NCBI GenBank assembly: GCA_963513825.1
Contig: CAUPRW010000035.1
Span: 1,403 to 65,402 of the forward strand
Source of the DNA: an uncultured Duganella sp.
GTDB taxonomy: Bacteria > Pseudomonadota > Gammaproteobacteria > Burkholderiales > Burkholderiaceae_D
Reading direction: 5' to 3'
Length of the DNA stretch: 64,000 nt
Shown here: piece after piece, positions 13,405 through 23,488 of the stretch
Numbering within the stretch: position 1 is the stretch's first letter
Layout of the letters: each line of letters starts with the position of its first letter
The notes under the pieces: model-generated
The model's input: only the letters and a program-made list of their open reading frames with translations
What the model was told of the DNA's origin: nothing
The model's database searches: none
Program-made: the position numbers and the translations under genes

Positions 13405-14130
13405 ATGCCACGCTTCTATTTGCCCCATTCCCTGGCCGTCGGCCAGCTGGCCACCCTGCCCGACGCCGTGGCCCACCACATCCAGGTGCTGCGGCTGGCC
13501 GAGGGCGGGCTCGTGACCCTGTTCAACGGCGAGGGCGGCGAATACAGCGCCACGCTGACCCGGATCGAGCGGCGCAGCGTCACCGTCGAGGTCAAGGCGC
13601 ACCACGCGCGCGAGGTCGAGCTGCCGTTCGCCGTCACGCTGGCGCAGGCGCTGCCGGAGGGCGCCAAGATGGACTGGATCATCGAAAAGGCGGTCGAGCT
13701 GGGCGTGTCGGGCTTCCAGCCGCTGGCGGCGCAGCGCTGCGTGGTGCGGCTGTCGGCCGAGCGCGCCGAGAAAAAGATGGGGCACTGGCGCGGCATCATC
13801 GAATCGGCGTCCGAGCAGAGCGGGCGCAACCGGCTGGCGATGCTGGCCCCGCTCGAGGACTACAAGCAATGGATCACGCAGCAGGACATGCACCGGCGCA
13901 TCATCCTGACGCCGCGCGCGCAGCAGTCGCTGCCGGACTGGGCGCGCCACCAGGGGCCGCAGGCGGTCACCCTGGTGATCGGCCCCGAGGGCGGCCTGAG
14001 CGAGCAGGAGGAGCAGGCGGCGCTGCGCCACGGCGCGCTGGCGCTGTCGATGGGGCCGCGCATCCTGCGCACCGAGACGGCCGCGCTGGCCGCCGTCGGC
14101 GCCCTGAGCGCCATCTGGGGCGGCATGTGA
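13405..14130 (+). CDS. rsmE: 16S rRNA (uracil1498-N3)-methyltransferase
   Basis: The in-frame ATG 13405 (MPRFYLPHSLAVGQ...) is the typical RsmE N-terminus. C-terminal SPOUT motif LVIGPEGGLSEQE...LGPRILRTETAA. The track ORF start at 13249 is an upstream extension. Confidence 0.9.
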   Translation: MPRFYLPHSLAVGQLATLPDAVAHHIQVLRLAEGGLVTLFNGEGGEYSATLTRIERRSVTVEVKAHHAREVELPFAVTLAQALPEGAKMDWIIEKAVELGVSGFQPLAAQRCVVRLSAERAEKKMGHWRGIIESASEQSGRNRLAMLAPLEDYKQWITQQDMHRRIILTPRAQQSLPDWARHQGPQAVTLVIGPEGGLSEQEEQAALRHGALALSMGPRILRTETAALAAVGALSAIWGGM

Positions 14131-14299
14131 CTGGCCGCCTGCGCGCCGCTGGCATGTGATATCCCCGCGCGATCACGTGTGGCGGCCCATCGCCGATGAG
14201 GCGCCGCGCGCCCATCGTCCCTACCTTCAGGTTAGTATTTACCAAACACCGGCCGTGCTCTACTCTATCGATTCCATCCACTCACTCCACAGGGCCATC

Positions 14300-14851
14300 A
14301 TGAGCAACATCGTCATCGTCTACCATTCCGGTTACGGACATACCAAACGTGTCGCCGAGTACGTCAGCGAAGGGGCCGGTGGCGAACTGCTGGCCATCGA
14401 CGCCGAGGGCAACCTGCCCGACGGCGGCTGGGAAAAGCTCGCCGCCGCCGACGCCATCCTGTTCGGCACGCCGACCTATATGGGCGGACCGAGCTGGCAG
14501 TTCAAGAAGTTCGCCGACGCCAGCTCCAAGGTCTGGTTCGGCAGCGGCTGGAAGGACAAGGTGTTCGGCGGCTTCACCAACAGCGCCAGCTTCAGCGGCG
14601 ACAAGCAAAACACCCTGGTGTACCTCAACACGCTGGCCGCGCAGCACGGCGGCATCTGGGTCAGCCTGGGCATGCTGCCGTCGAACAGCAAGGCCGCCCA
14701 GCGCACCGACCTCAACAACATCGGCGGCTCGGTCGGCGCCATGGCGCAGTCGCCGTCGGACGCCGGCGTCGATGAAATCCCGCAAGGCGACCTCGACACC
14801 GCCAAAGCCTACGGCGCGCGCGTCGCCGCCATCGCCGCGCGCCTGAAGTAA
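14300..14851 (+). CDS. flavodoxin-family NAD(P)H:quinone oxidoreductase-like protein
   Basis: MSNIVIVYHSGYGHTKRVAEY... and LFGTPTYMGGPSWQFKKF are flavodoxin/WrbA-like motifs. Start chosen at in-frame ATG 14300. Confidence 0.85.
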   Translation: MSNIVIVYHSGYGHTKRVAEYVSEGAGGELLAIDAEGNLPDGGWEKLAAADAILFGTPTYMGGPSWQFKKFADASSKVWFGSGWKDKVFGGFTNSASFSGDKQNTLVYLNTLAAQHGGIWVSLGMLPSNSKAAQRTDLNNIGGSVGAMAQSPSDAGVDEIPQGDLDTAKAYGARVAAIAARLK

Positions 14852-14867
14852 GCGCCGCCGCACCACG

Positions 14868-14909
14868 AAAAAAAACCCGCGCGGGCCTTGCGGCCCGCGC
14901 GGGTTTTTT
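14868..14909. terminator. bidirectional terminator between the flavodoxin gene and TBDR-2
   Basis: A8-CCCGCGCGGGCC-TTGC-GGCCCGCGCGGG-T6. Confidence 0.88.
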
Positions 14910-14923
14910 GACGTCCGGCCGGC

Positions 14924-17821
14924 TTAGAACCTGGCCGTCGCGCCGAAGGTGATGTAACGACCGACCGCGTCGTAGGTCTGCGGGAAGGTGTTACCCGAGT
15001 TCATCGTCGTGGTCGCGATGGTCGAACCGACCAGCGGCGCCTTCTTGTCGAACGCGTTGTTCAAGCTGATGTTGAAACGCAGGTTCTTCGAGAAGTTGTA
15101 CACGGCCGACAAGTCGGCGTAGCTGTAGGCCTTGATGTGCGAGAACGCTGGCAGGAAGGTGCCGGCCAACGGCTCGACATCGACCGCGCTCATGTAGCGC
15201 CAGTTGTAGCCCAGGCCGAAGTCGCCGACGTTCCACGTGGTGCGCTGCGAGAACTTGTGCTTGAACACCGGCGCGTTGGCGACGTTGCCGCAAGCGGTCG
15301 AGTAGTAGCCGAGGCAATCGCGGTTGATCGACGACGGCGTGCCCTGGAACTCGAAGGTGCGCACGTTGGTGTAGTTCAGGCCCAGGTCCAGGCTGCCGAA
15401 CTTCGGATCGAGGTTCAACTGCTTGGCCTGCAGCTTGTAGGCCACCACCAGGTCGATGCCGCTGGTCTTCTGGGTGCCGGCGTTCGAGCGTGGCGTCGAG
15501 ACGCCGCGCGAACCGACGCCGTTGAACGAACCGTTGATCGGGTTGCGGCCCACCATCGAGCACGCCTCGTTGAGCGTGAAGCCCGGATTGCCGCTGCCGT
15601 AGCAGCCGTCAAGCACGTCGGTGGTGCTCAGGGTCGACACCGCCTTGTCGATCCGGATCGTGTAGTAGTCGAGCTGGATCGCCAGTTTCGGCAACGGCTC
15701 CCACACGAAGCCGATGCTGCGCGTCTTCGCTTCCTCGGGTCCCAGGTTCGGGTTGCCGCCGGTCAGGCTGTTGATCTGGCCGGCCGATGGCGCGCCCAGC
15801 GAGCCGATTTCGGTGACCGGCACGCCGGTCAGGCGGCACAGGTTCGACAGGGTGCCGGCCGTGTTGGCCTGCGCCTGGTTGATGCGGTTGCCCTGGCACG
15901 GATCGGTGGCCAGGTTCGACAGGCCGGTGACGAGCGGTGCGAACAGTTCGTTGACGTTCGGCGCGCGGGTGGCCTTTTGCACCGAGCTGCGCAGACGCAG
16001 CGACTTGACCGGCTCCCATTCGCCGCCGATCTTCCAGCTCTCATAGCTTTGCGAATCGGTGGTCTTGAACTTGGTCTCGCGGTAGCCGAGGTCGGCGTTG
16101 AGCGAGCGCACGAACGGCATGTCGCGGATCAGCGGGATCTGCGATTCGATCGCCAGTTCGCGCATGCGGAAGCTGCCGCTGCGGTCCGGGGTGGCGGCGC
16201 CGGTGCCGAGCACCTCGCCGGCGATTTGCGAGGCCGCGTCGGACTGGGTGCCGGCGGTCAGCTTGCGCTGCTCGACCGAGATCGCCATCGAGATCGGCTG
16301 GTTGGCCCACGGGCTGACGAATTTCTCGCCGAAATCACCCGACGTCGAGAACGAGGCCACGTCCTGGCGCACGGTCTGCAGCAGGATCGCGCTGGCGTTG
16401 ATGAAGGCCAGCTGCTCGGGCGTGATCGAGCCGGCGGCGCCGAACACGTTGAGCGGCACGCAGTTGTTGGCCGTGTTCTGGCACGCGGTGGTGCTGACCG
16501 CTTGCAGCGCCTGGGTCACCTTGGACATCGAGCCCCAGTTCTGGCGCACCTGGGTCTGGTCGGCGGTGCCGCGGCTGAAGTAGGCGTCATAGCCCCAGTC
16601 CTTGACCAGGTCGCCCTTCAGGCCGATGGTGTACTGCAAGGTCTTGTTGTCGAAGTTGTTGAAACGCGGGCCCAGCTCGACGAAGCGGCGGCCGATGGTC
16701 ATCGGCACGAGCGTGGTGTTGCCGACGACGCAGTTGGCGGCGGTGATGCCGCGGCGCGCGCAGATCTGCTGGCGTGCCGGCTCGGGCAGGTAGGCGTTGC
16801 CGATCGGCACCTGGAACACGTTCAGGAACGTACCGGACTCGGCCAGGGTCGACGACACCTTGCTCTGCGTGTAGAACATGTCCGAGTAGACCTGGAAGTT
16901 GTCGTTGATCTTGTAGCTGGCCATGGCCGTGGCCTGGGTGCGGGACAGGCCGGTCGAATAGTAGTTCAACGGGTTGGTGTTGTAGGCAACGACCGGCTGG
17001 ACCAGGCGGCCGGTGGCCGGGTCGATCTGCCAGTTGCCGCTCAGCGCGGTGCTGCCGCCGGTGCCCTGGCCGACCGAGAACACCGACGGGATCGCCGTGG
17101 TCGAGCCGCTCGGCAGGCCGGTGGTCGACGAGTTGTTGGTCACGCTGCCCGGACGGTCGCCCTGCTTGAGCGGATCCGCTTCGGTCTTGCCGATGCTCAG
17201 CACGACGTTGCCGCGGCCCTCGTCCAGGTTGGCGCCCATGGTCAGGTCGTAGCGCTTGCGCTTGGTGTCGTGGTCGTCGGTGGTGCCGCCGTAGGAGGTG
17301 GTGGCCTCGATGCCGCTGAAGTTGCGCTTGAGGTTGAAGTTGACCACGCCGGCGACCGCGTCGGCGCCGTAGGTGACGGACGCGCCGCCGGTCAGCAGGT
17401 CGACGCGGCTGAGCAGGGCGATCGGGATCGAGTTCGTGTCGACCACGCCTTCGAGGTTGAACGGCACCACGCGGCGGCCGTTGACCAGCACCAGCGTGCG
17501 GTTCGCGCCCAGGCCGCGCAGGTCGATGGTGGCGGCGCCGGAGGTGCCGTTGTTGGTGCCGGAACCGATCGACGGCACGGCCGATGGCAGTCCCTTGAAG
17601 AATTCTTCGACGACGATCGGCTGGGCCGAGCGGATTTCCTCGGCGCTGATCGACGAGATCGGGCTGATCGAGGTGGTGCCCGGGGTCGTGATGCGGGTGC
17701 CGGTCACTTGCACTTGCTCGATCTTGGCCGGCGCGGCGTCCTGCGCGATGGCGTTGTGCATGGTCGCGGCGGTGCCCACCAGCATGCCGCCGGCGAAGAC
17801 CGTGCGCAGGATGCGCGACAT
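14924..17821 (-). CDS. TonB-dependent receptor (~965 aa, paralog 2)
   Basis: Plug motifs (VQVTGTR, DLRGLGANRTLVLVNGRR, GGASVTYGADAVAGVVNF). Terminal aromatic residue (...GATARF). ATG 17821 (MSRILRTVFAGG...) preferred over GTG 17839. Confidence 0.9.
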   Translation of the reverse strand: MSRILRTVFAGGMLVGTAATMHNAIAQDAAPAKIEQVQVTGTRITTPGTTSISPISSISAEEIRSAQPIVVEEFFKGLPSAVPSIGSGTNNGTSGAATIDLRGLGANRTLVLVNGRRVVPFNLEGVVDTNSIPIALLSRVDLLTGGASVTYGADAVAGVVNFNLKRNFSGIEATTSYGGTTDDHDTKRKRYDLTMGANLDEGRGNVVLSIGKTEADPLKQGDRPGSVTNNSSTTGLPSGSTTAIPSVFSVGQGTGGSTALSGNWQIDPATGRLVQPVVAYNTNPLNYYSTGLSRTQATAMASYKINDNFQVYSDMFYTQSKVSSTLAESGTFLNVFQVPIGNAYLPEPARQQICARRGITAANCVVGNTTLVPMTIGRRFVELGPRFNNFDNKTLQYTIGLKGDLVKDWGYDAYFSRGTADQTQVRQNWGSMSKVTQALQAVSTTACQNTANNCVPLNVFGAAGSITPEQLAFINASAILLQTVRQDVASFSTSGDFGEKFVSPWANQPISMAISVEQRKLTAGTQSDAASQIAGEVLGTGAATPDRSGSFRMRELAIESQIPLIRDMPFVRSLNADLGYRETKFKTTDSQSYESWKIGGEWEPVKSLRLRSSVQKATRAPNVNELFAPLVTGLSNLATDPCQGNRINQAQANTAGTLSNLCRLTGVPVTEIGSLGAPSAGQINSLTGGNPNLGPEEAKTRSIGFVWEPLPKLAIQLDYYTIRIDKAVSTLSTTDVLDGCYGSGNPGFTLNEACSMVGRNPINGSFNGVGSRGVSTPRSNAGTQKTSGIDLVVAYKLQAKQLNLDPKFGSLDLGLNYTNVRTFEFQGTPSSINRDCLGYYSTACGNVANAPVFKHKFSQRTTWNVGDFGLGYNWRYMSAVDVEPLAGTFLPAFSHIKAYSYADLSAVYNFSKNLRFNISLNNAFDKKAPLVGSTIATTTMNSGNTFPQTYDAVGRYITFGATARF

Positions 17822-18616
17822 TTTTTTCTCTTGAATCACTAGTAACTCCCTTTGTTTGAATTCCCGTCATACGGAAAAAACCCAACCGCCAAATCATCGC
17901 CGCCGGGTGCGGCGGTCCATCTGTGCAGGCCGGAGTGAAGGATTCTCGGCACCGGCGCCGGGGGCGCGGCGGTGTGGCATCAATGTGCCGAATCTCGGTT
18001 CCGCACCACGCGACAAAACGAAGTTGTCACAGGCGCATTGCATGAGAACATTTGCCGCAAGACACTGTCAACCGCCGGCCGGCGGCCGCGCCGCGCCCCA
18101 AAATGACGCGCCGACGCGCGCGCTCCCCAAACCCGGCTTGGCGCATCGCAATAAAAATTATTAAAATTTTGACAATTCAAAAAGTGCCAAGTGTTATGTT
18201 CGGCAGGATTTCCTTAGGCCAAATTAAGTGTTGTAACTTAATGTAAATCGCGTATCAAATGTTGAACACGGCCACCGCGGCGCCCGCGCCGATTGTGCGT
18301 CGCAGCATATTATTCGCACCTAAAAGATTCATTTGTGCACTGTTTTGGGGCGAAACGGCGATTTGCCTTACGTAATAAAAAAGATTTTTCCACATTAACC
18401 CGTTGTTGGAACGAGACATGATTTCCGGGTTCTGTGTCTTTCCAACAATTCGATAGCCAAACAAGCATCGCCCACGGCCTGGCGGCGCCACCATTGGCGC
18501 CGCGGGCGCGGCAGCGGGTAAAATGACGGTTGCGCCCGCGCCGCCGGCAAGTTCGCGCCGGCCGGCCGCACCCGTTCCCCGCTAGCTACGGGGCCTGTCA
18601 TTTTCGGATACCACTT

Positions 18617-20266
18617 ATGTTGCGTTTAAATGAAGTCAAACTCCCCCTCAACCACGCCGAGGAGGAGCTGCCGGCCGCCATCCTGGCGCGGCTCGACATC
18701 GCCGCCGAGGCCCTGCTCGGCTTTACCGTGTTCAAGCGCAGCTATGACGCGCGCAAGAAGACCGCCATCGTGCTGATCTATTCGCTCGACGTCGACGTCA
18801 AGGACGAGGCGGTGCTGCTGGCGCGCCTCAAGCACGACGCCCACCTGATGCCGTCGCCGGACACCTCCTATAAATACGTCGCCGCCGGCGAGCAGCTGGC
18901 CGGCCACGACCGGAACCCGCGCCCGGTGGTCATCGGCACCGGCCCGTGCGGCCTGTTCGCCGCGTTGATCCTGGCGCAGATGGGCTTGCGGCCCATCATC
19001 CTCGAGCGCGGCAAGCAAGTGCGCGAGCGCACCGTCGACACCTTCGGCTTCTGGCGCAAGCGCGAACTGAACCCCGAGTCGAACGTGCAGTTCGGCGAGG
19101 GCGGCGCCGGCACCTTCTCCGATGGCAAGCTCTACAGCCAGATCAAGGACCCGAAACACTACGGCCGCAAGGTGCTCACCGAGTTCGTCAAGGCCGGGGC
19201 GCCGCCCGAGATCATCTACGTCAGCAAGCCGCACATCGGCACCTTCCGCCTGGTCAAGATGGTCGAGCAAATGCGCGCCAACATCGAGGCCATGGGCGGC
19301 GAATACCGCTTCGGCAACAAGGTGGTCGACATCGAGATCGAACAGCTCGGCCCCGGCGAGGGCGGCCAGGTGCGCGGCCTGACGCTCGAGAGCGGCGAGA
19401 AGATCGCCACCAACCACGTGGTGCTGGCGATCGGCCACAGCGCGCGCGACACCTTCGAGATGCTCTACGAGCGCGGCGTCTACATCGAGGCCAAGCCGTT
19501 CTCGATCGGCTTCCGGGTCGAGCACCCGCAGTCGCTGATCGACACCTGCCGCTTCGGCCCCAACGCCGGCCATCCCATCCTCGGCGCGGCCGACTACAAG
19601 CTGGTGCACCACGCCTCGAACGGGCGCGCCGTCTACAGCTTTTGCATGTGCCCGGGCGGCACGGTGGTGGCGGCCGCGTCCGAGCCGGGACGCGTGGTCA
19701 CCAACGGCATGAGCCAGTACTCGCGCAACGAGCGCAACGCCAACAGCGCCATCGTCGTCAGCATCTCGCCCGAGGTCGACTACCCGGGCCACCCGCTGGC
19801 CGGCATCGAGTTCCAGCGCCGGCTGGAGGAAAAGGCCTTTGAACTGGGCGGGGGCACCTACAACGCGCCGGGCCAGTTGATGGGCGACTTCGTCGCCGGC
19901 CGCGCCTCGACGGCGTTCGGCGCCGTGGTGCCGTCGTACAAGCCGGGCGTGCACTTGACGGACCTGGCGCAAATCCTGCCGGAGTTCGCCGTCACGGCGC
20001 TGCGCGAAGCGTTTCCGGCGTTCGACAAGCAGGTGCGCGGCTACTTCAAGCACGACGCCGTGCTGACCGGCCTGGAGACGCGCACGTCGTCGCCGATCCG
20101 CATCAAGCGCCGCGACGACACCCTGCAAAGCCTCAACACGCGCGGCCTGTTCCCGGCCGGCGAAGGCGCCGGCTACGCCGGCGGCATCCTCTCGGCCGGC
20201 GTCGACGGCATCAAGGTGGCCGAGGCGGTGGCGCTGTCGATGGCGGCCGACCACGCGCGCGCCTAG
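18617..20266 (+). CDS. NAD(P)/FAD-dependent oxidoreductase (COG2509-type FAD-dependent dehydrogenase)
   Basis: MLRLNEVKLPLNHAEEELPAAILARL... and dinucleotide-binding VVIGTGPCGLFAALILA; 549 aa. Start at in-frame ATG 18617. Confidence 0.85.
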   Translation: MLRLNEVKLPLNHAEEELPAAILARLDIAAEALLGFTVFKRSYDARKKTAIVLIYSLDVDVKDEAVLLARLKHDAHLMPSPDTSYKYVAAGEQLAGHDRNPRPVVIGTGPCGLFAALILAQMGLRPIILERGKQVRERTVDTFGFWRKRELNPESNVQFGEGGAGTFSDGKLYSQIKDPKHYGRKVLTEFVKAGAPPEIIYVSKPHIGTFRLVKMVEQMRANIEAMGGEYRFGNKVVDIEIEQLGPGEGGQVRGLTLESGEKIATNHVVLAIGHSARDTFEMLYERGVYIEAKPFSIGFRVEHPQSLIDTCRFGPNAGHPILGAADYKLVHHASNGRAVYSFCMCPGGTVVAAASEPGRVVTNGMSQYSRNERNANSAIVVSISPEVDYPGHPLAGIEFQRRLEEKAFELGGGTYNAPGQLMGDFVAGRASTAFGAVVPSYKPGVHLTDLAQILPEFAVTALREAFPAFDKQVRGYFKHDAVLTGLETRTSSPIRIKRRDDTLQSLNTRGLFPAGEGAGYAGGILSAGVDGIKVAEAVALSMAADHARA

Positions 20267-20321
20267 CCCTCCCCCGTTTTTTTATCGCGGGCCCCGGCTG
20301 TCGAACGGGGCCACCCCACCC

Positions 20322-20334
20322 GGGATACGTCCCC
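20322..20334. repeat. degenerate half copy of the family-B palindrome
   Basis: GGGATACGTCCCC versus GGGGTACGTCCCC, in a GC-hairpin-rich stretch after the oxidoreductase gene. Confidence 0.4.
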
Positions 20335-20627
20335 GGCTGGGGAACGGGCGCGCCTGCGCCCGCTCCGCGCATGAATCTGGTTGAATTTTCAGCGCCCACC
20401 TAGCACGAATGCGCCATAATTTTTCAAAATCTTTGTATTTTTGTGTAAAAAACGCGCTTTTTTTGGCAAAAACCGTAGGAAGTGTTGTTTATGTCAGACT
20501 TGTTACAGCAGCACAATTGACCGTTTGCGCTCCAGATGGTCTGATGCCACCCTTGAGTAATGTAAGCACATTATTCATCCTGTCACGACACCGTCGGTCA
20601 CCACAAGAATCCCTAGGAGTTGAAGCA

Positions 20628-23387
20628 ATGATGATGGAAACTGTAATTTCGCGTTCACTGCGCGTGATGTTCGCCGGCGGCGCCGCGTTCGCGCTGGCGC
20701 AACCTGCCATGGCCCAAGAGGCCAACGCGCCGATCCAGCGCGTGGAAATCACCGGCTCGTCAGTCAAGCGGGTTGACGCCGAAACCGCGCTGCCGGTCCA
20801 GGTCTTGACCAAGGCCGAAATCGACCGCACCGGCGCCACCAGCACCCAGGAACTGCTGCAATCGATCTCGGCCATCTCGTCGGCCGGCAGCGTGACCAAC
20901 GCCACCGGCGCCGGTTCGTCCACCGGCGGCCTGTCGTCGATCTCGCTGCGCGGCCTCGGCTCGACCCGCACGCTGGTGCTGGTCAACGGCCGCCGCCTGG
21001 CGGCGTTTGCCGGCAGCGACGGCGCCTCGGTCAACGTCAACGCCATTCCACTGGCCGCCATCGAGCGCGTGGAAGTACTGAAGGACGGCGCCTCGGGCGT
21101 GTACGGTAGCGATGCGGTGGCCGGCGTGGTCAACTTCATCCTGTCCAAGCGCGTGGACGGTGTCGAAATCACCGGCGGCTACGGTTCGCCGGCCGAAAGC
21201 GGTGGCGGCGAAAATAAAAAAGCGTCGATCACCGGCGGCTACAACACCGACAGGCTGAGCGTTGTCGCATCGGCATCGGTTGAACGCGAAGAAGCGCTGT
21301 TCGGCCGCGACCGCGACTACGCCAAGACCGCCACCCGCCTGCCTTATTACAACAGCACCGCCACCGGCCAGGGCAACATCCAGGGCGCCTACATTCCAGG
21401 CACCGGTCCGAGCACCGACTTCCGCGCCGGCGGCGCCGCCTACGGCAATCCTCTGGCTGCGAGCAACAACTGCTCCACCATCGGCATGATCGGTTCGACC
21501 ACCGCCGCCGGCGTGCCGTACTGCCCGTACGACAGCGGTCCGGACGTGGGCCTGACCCCGAAACGCGAACTGTTCAACTTCACCAGCAACCTGAGCTACC
21601 AACTGAACGACAACCACCAGTTGTTTGCCGACCTGTTGTACTCGAAGAGCAAGATCACCCAGACCTACCAGTCGTCGCCGGCGCGCTCGGACTTCTTCGC
21701 GACCGATGCCGAGTTCGACAAACAAGGCGTGGACAAGGCCCTGCTGCTGTACCCGTCCAACCCGGCCTACCAATCGATCGCCGTGCCGTACCTGCAAAGC
21801 CGCGGCTTCAATTCGCTCATCGGCCGTCCGCTGGCGATCACCTCGCGCGTGATGGACTTCGGTCCGCGCCAGAACGTCGACACCGGCAAGCAATCGCGCG
21901 CCGTCATCGGCGCCAAGGGTGCGCTCGGTTTCGCCGACTACGAAGTCGCTTACAGCCACAATGAATCGAAGCTGGAAAGCGCCGTCACCACCGGCTACTT
22001 CTCGCAGGTGGCGTACGCCAACATCATCAACCAGAGCAACTGGAACCCATGGGCGCCCGGCGGCGTGCAAACCGGCGCCCTGGCCGACCAGCTCAAGGCT
22101 GCCCAGTTCAGCGCCACCTTCCTGAACGCCAAATCGGTCAGCGACAGCGTCGACGCCAAGCTCACCGGCGAGCTCGGCACCATCGCCGGCTTCACCCCCG
22201 CCTACGCGGTGGGCCTGCAATCGCGCCAGGAAAAGTATGAAACCGACCCGAGCGCCGCCTACCAGTCGGGCGACATCTCCGGCCTCGGTGGTTCGGTGGT
22301 GCCGATCAACCGCAAGCGCAAGGTCAATTCGGCCTACGGCGAGTTGAACCTGCCGGTGCTCAAATCGCTGGAGCTGAACCTGGCCGTGCGCGACGACAAG
22401 TACGACGACGTCGGCAACACCTTCAACTGGAAGAGCAACGTGCGCTGGCAACCGGTCAAGGAGCTCGTGCTGCGCGCTTCGTACGGCACCGGCTTCCGCG
22501 CGCCGTCGCTGGTGGACCTGTGGACCCCGCAAACCCTGGGCACCTCGGAAGGCTTCACCGATCCGGCCACCCCGGACGACACCGGCCTGCAAGTGAACTC
22601 GCTCACCGGCGGCAACCCCAACCTGAAGCCGGAAGAGTCGAAGCAATACTCGTTCGGCGCGGTATGGCAGCCAACGAGCACGGCAAGCATCGGCCTTGAT
22701 TTCTTCAACATCAAGATCACCGACATCCTGGCCACCCCATCGGCACAGGAAGTGGTATCGCGCTTCCGCGCCGGCGACGCCGCCTACGCCGGCCTGGTCA
22801 CGCTGCAGCCTGGCACCAATGTCATCCAGAGCATCCGCCAGACCCTGGCCAACACCGGCGACGCCACCGTGCAAGGCATCGACCTGTTCGCCAACTGGAA
22901 GGACAACTTCAGCTTCGGTAAGCTGGAAGTGAACCTGAACGGCACCTACATGGACAAGTTCAACCAGACCAGCCCTGGCGGCGAAGTCTCGCACAAGGTT
23001 GGCACCCTGGTCGATTCGACCGGCACCCCGGTGATCGGCGCGCAAAACGGCGGCGTGATCCTGAGCTGGAAACACCAGTTGGCCGCCACCTGGTCGCAAG
23101 GTCCATGGGCCACCACCCTGGTGCAGAACTACCGCGACGGCTACCGCGTGGGTAACGACCTGAACGACAACGAAGTGCGCATCCGTCCGGAAGCGATCTA
23201 CGACGCCAACGTCAGCTACAAGGGCTTCAAGAACGTGACCCTGGCGCTGGGCGTGAAGAACCTGTTCGACAAGCAGCCGGATCCAATCGGCAGCCCGATC
23301 TCGAACCAGTTCCAGGCCGGCTACGACATCTACCAGTACGACCCGCGCGGACGCTTCGTCTACGTGACCGCCGGCTACAAGTTCTAA
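20628..23387 (+). CDS. TonB-dependent receptor (~919 aa, paralog 3)
   Basis: AGGAG SD; N-terminus MMMETVISRSLRVMFAGGAAFALAQPAMAQ resembles paralog 1. Plug motifs (VEITGSS, SLRGLGSTRTLVLVNGRR). C-terminal ...TAGYKF. Confidence 0.9.
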   Translation: MMMETVISRSLRVMFAGGAAFALAQPAMAQEANAPIQRVEITGSSVKRVDAETALPVQVLTKAEIDRTGATSTQELLQSISAISSAGSVTNATGAGSSTGGLSSISLRGLGSTRTLVLVNGRRLAAFAGSDGASVNVNAIPLAAIERVEVLKDGASGVYGSDAVAGVVNFILSKRVDGVEITGGYGSPAESGGGENKKASITGGYNTDRLSVVASASVEREEALFGRDRDYAKTATRLPYYNSTATGQGNIQGAYIPGTGPSTDFRAGGAAYGNPLAASNNCSTIGMIGSTTAAGVPYCPYDSGPDVGLTPKRELFNFTSNLSYQLNDNHQLFADLLYSKSKITQTYQSSPARSDFFATDAEFDKQGVDKALLLYPSNPAYQSIAVPYLQSRGFNSLIGRPLAITSRVMDFGPRQNVDTGKQSRAVIGAKGALGFADYEVAYSHNESKLESAVTTGYFSQVAYANIINQSNWNPWAPGGVQTGALADQLKAAQFSATFLNAKSVSDSVDAKLTGELGTIAGFTPAYAVGLQSRQEKYETDPSAAYQSGDISGLGGSVVPINRKRKVNSAYGELNLPVLKSLELNLAVRDDKYDDVGNTFNWKSNVRWQPVKELVLRASYGTGFRAPSLVDLWTPQTLGTSEGFTDPATPDDTGLQVNSLTGGNPNLKPEESKQYSFGAVWQPTSTASIGLDFFNIKITDILATPSAQEVVSRFRAGDAAYAGLVTLQPGTNVIQSIRQTLANTGDATVQGIDLFANWKDNFSFGKLEVNLNGTYMDKFNQTSPGGEVSHKVGTLVDSTGTPVIGAQNGGVILSWKHQLAATWSQGPWATTLVQNYRDGYRVGNDLNDNEVRIRPEAIYDANVSYKGFKNVTLALGVKNLFDKQPDPIGSPISNQFQAGYDIYQYDPRGRFVYVTAGYKF

Positions 23388-23398
23388 GTAGCGGCGTC

Positions 23399-23463
23399 AA
23401 AAAACCCACCCTGTGCGCAGGTGGCGGCCAAGGCCGCCACCTGCCACGGGGTGGGTTTTTTTT
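23399..23463. terminator. bidirectional compound terminator between TBDR-3 and corA
   Basis: AAAAAACCCACCC...GGGGTGGG-T9 outer stem enclosing GTGGCGGCC-AA-GGCCGCCAC. Confidence 0.8.
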
Positions 23464-23488
23464 CGTCCTGCGCCGCCGGGCGCCCGCG

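Noticed and set aside
18255-18494. 79-aa minus-strand ORF (with an internal 54-aa version starting at ATG 18419) and the 102-aa ORF 17856..18164 in the long intergenic region
   Set aside because: There is no convincing SD, the composition is odd and there are no motifs. The candidate ATG lies in a hairpin. I treat the region as non-coding pending expression data.
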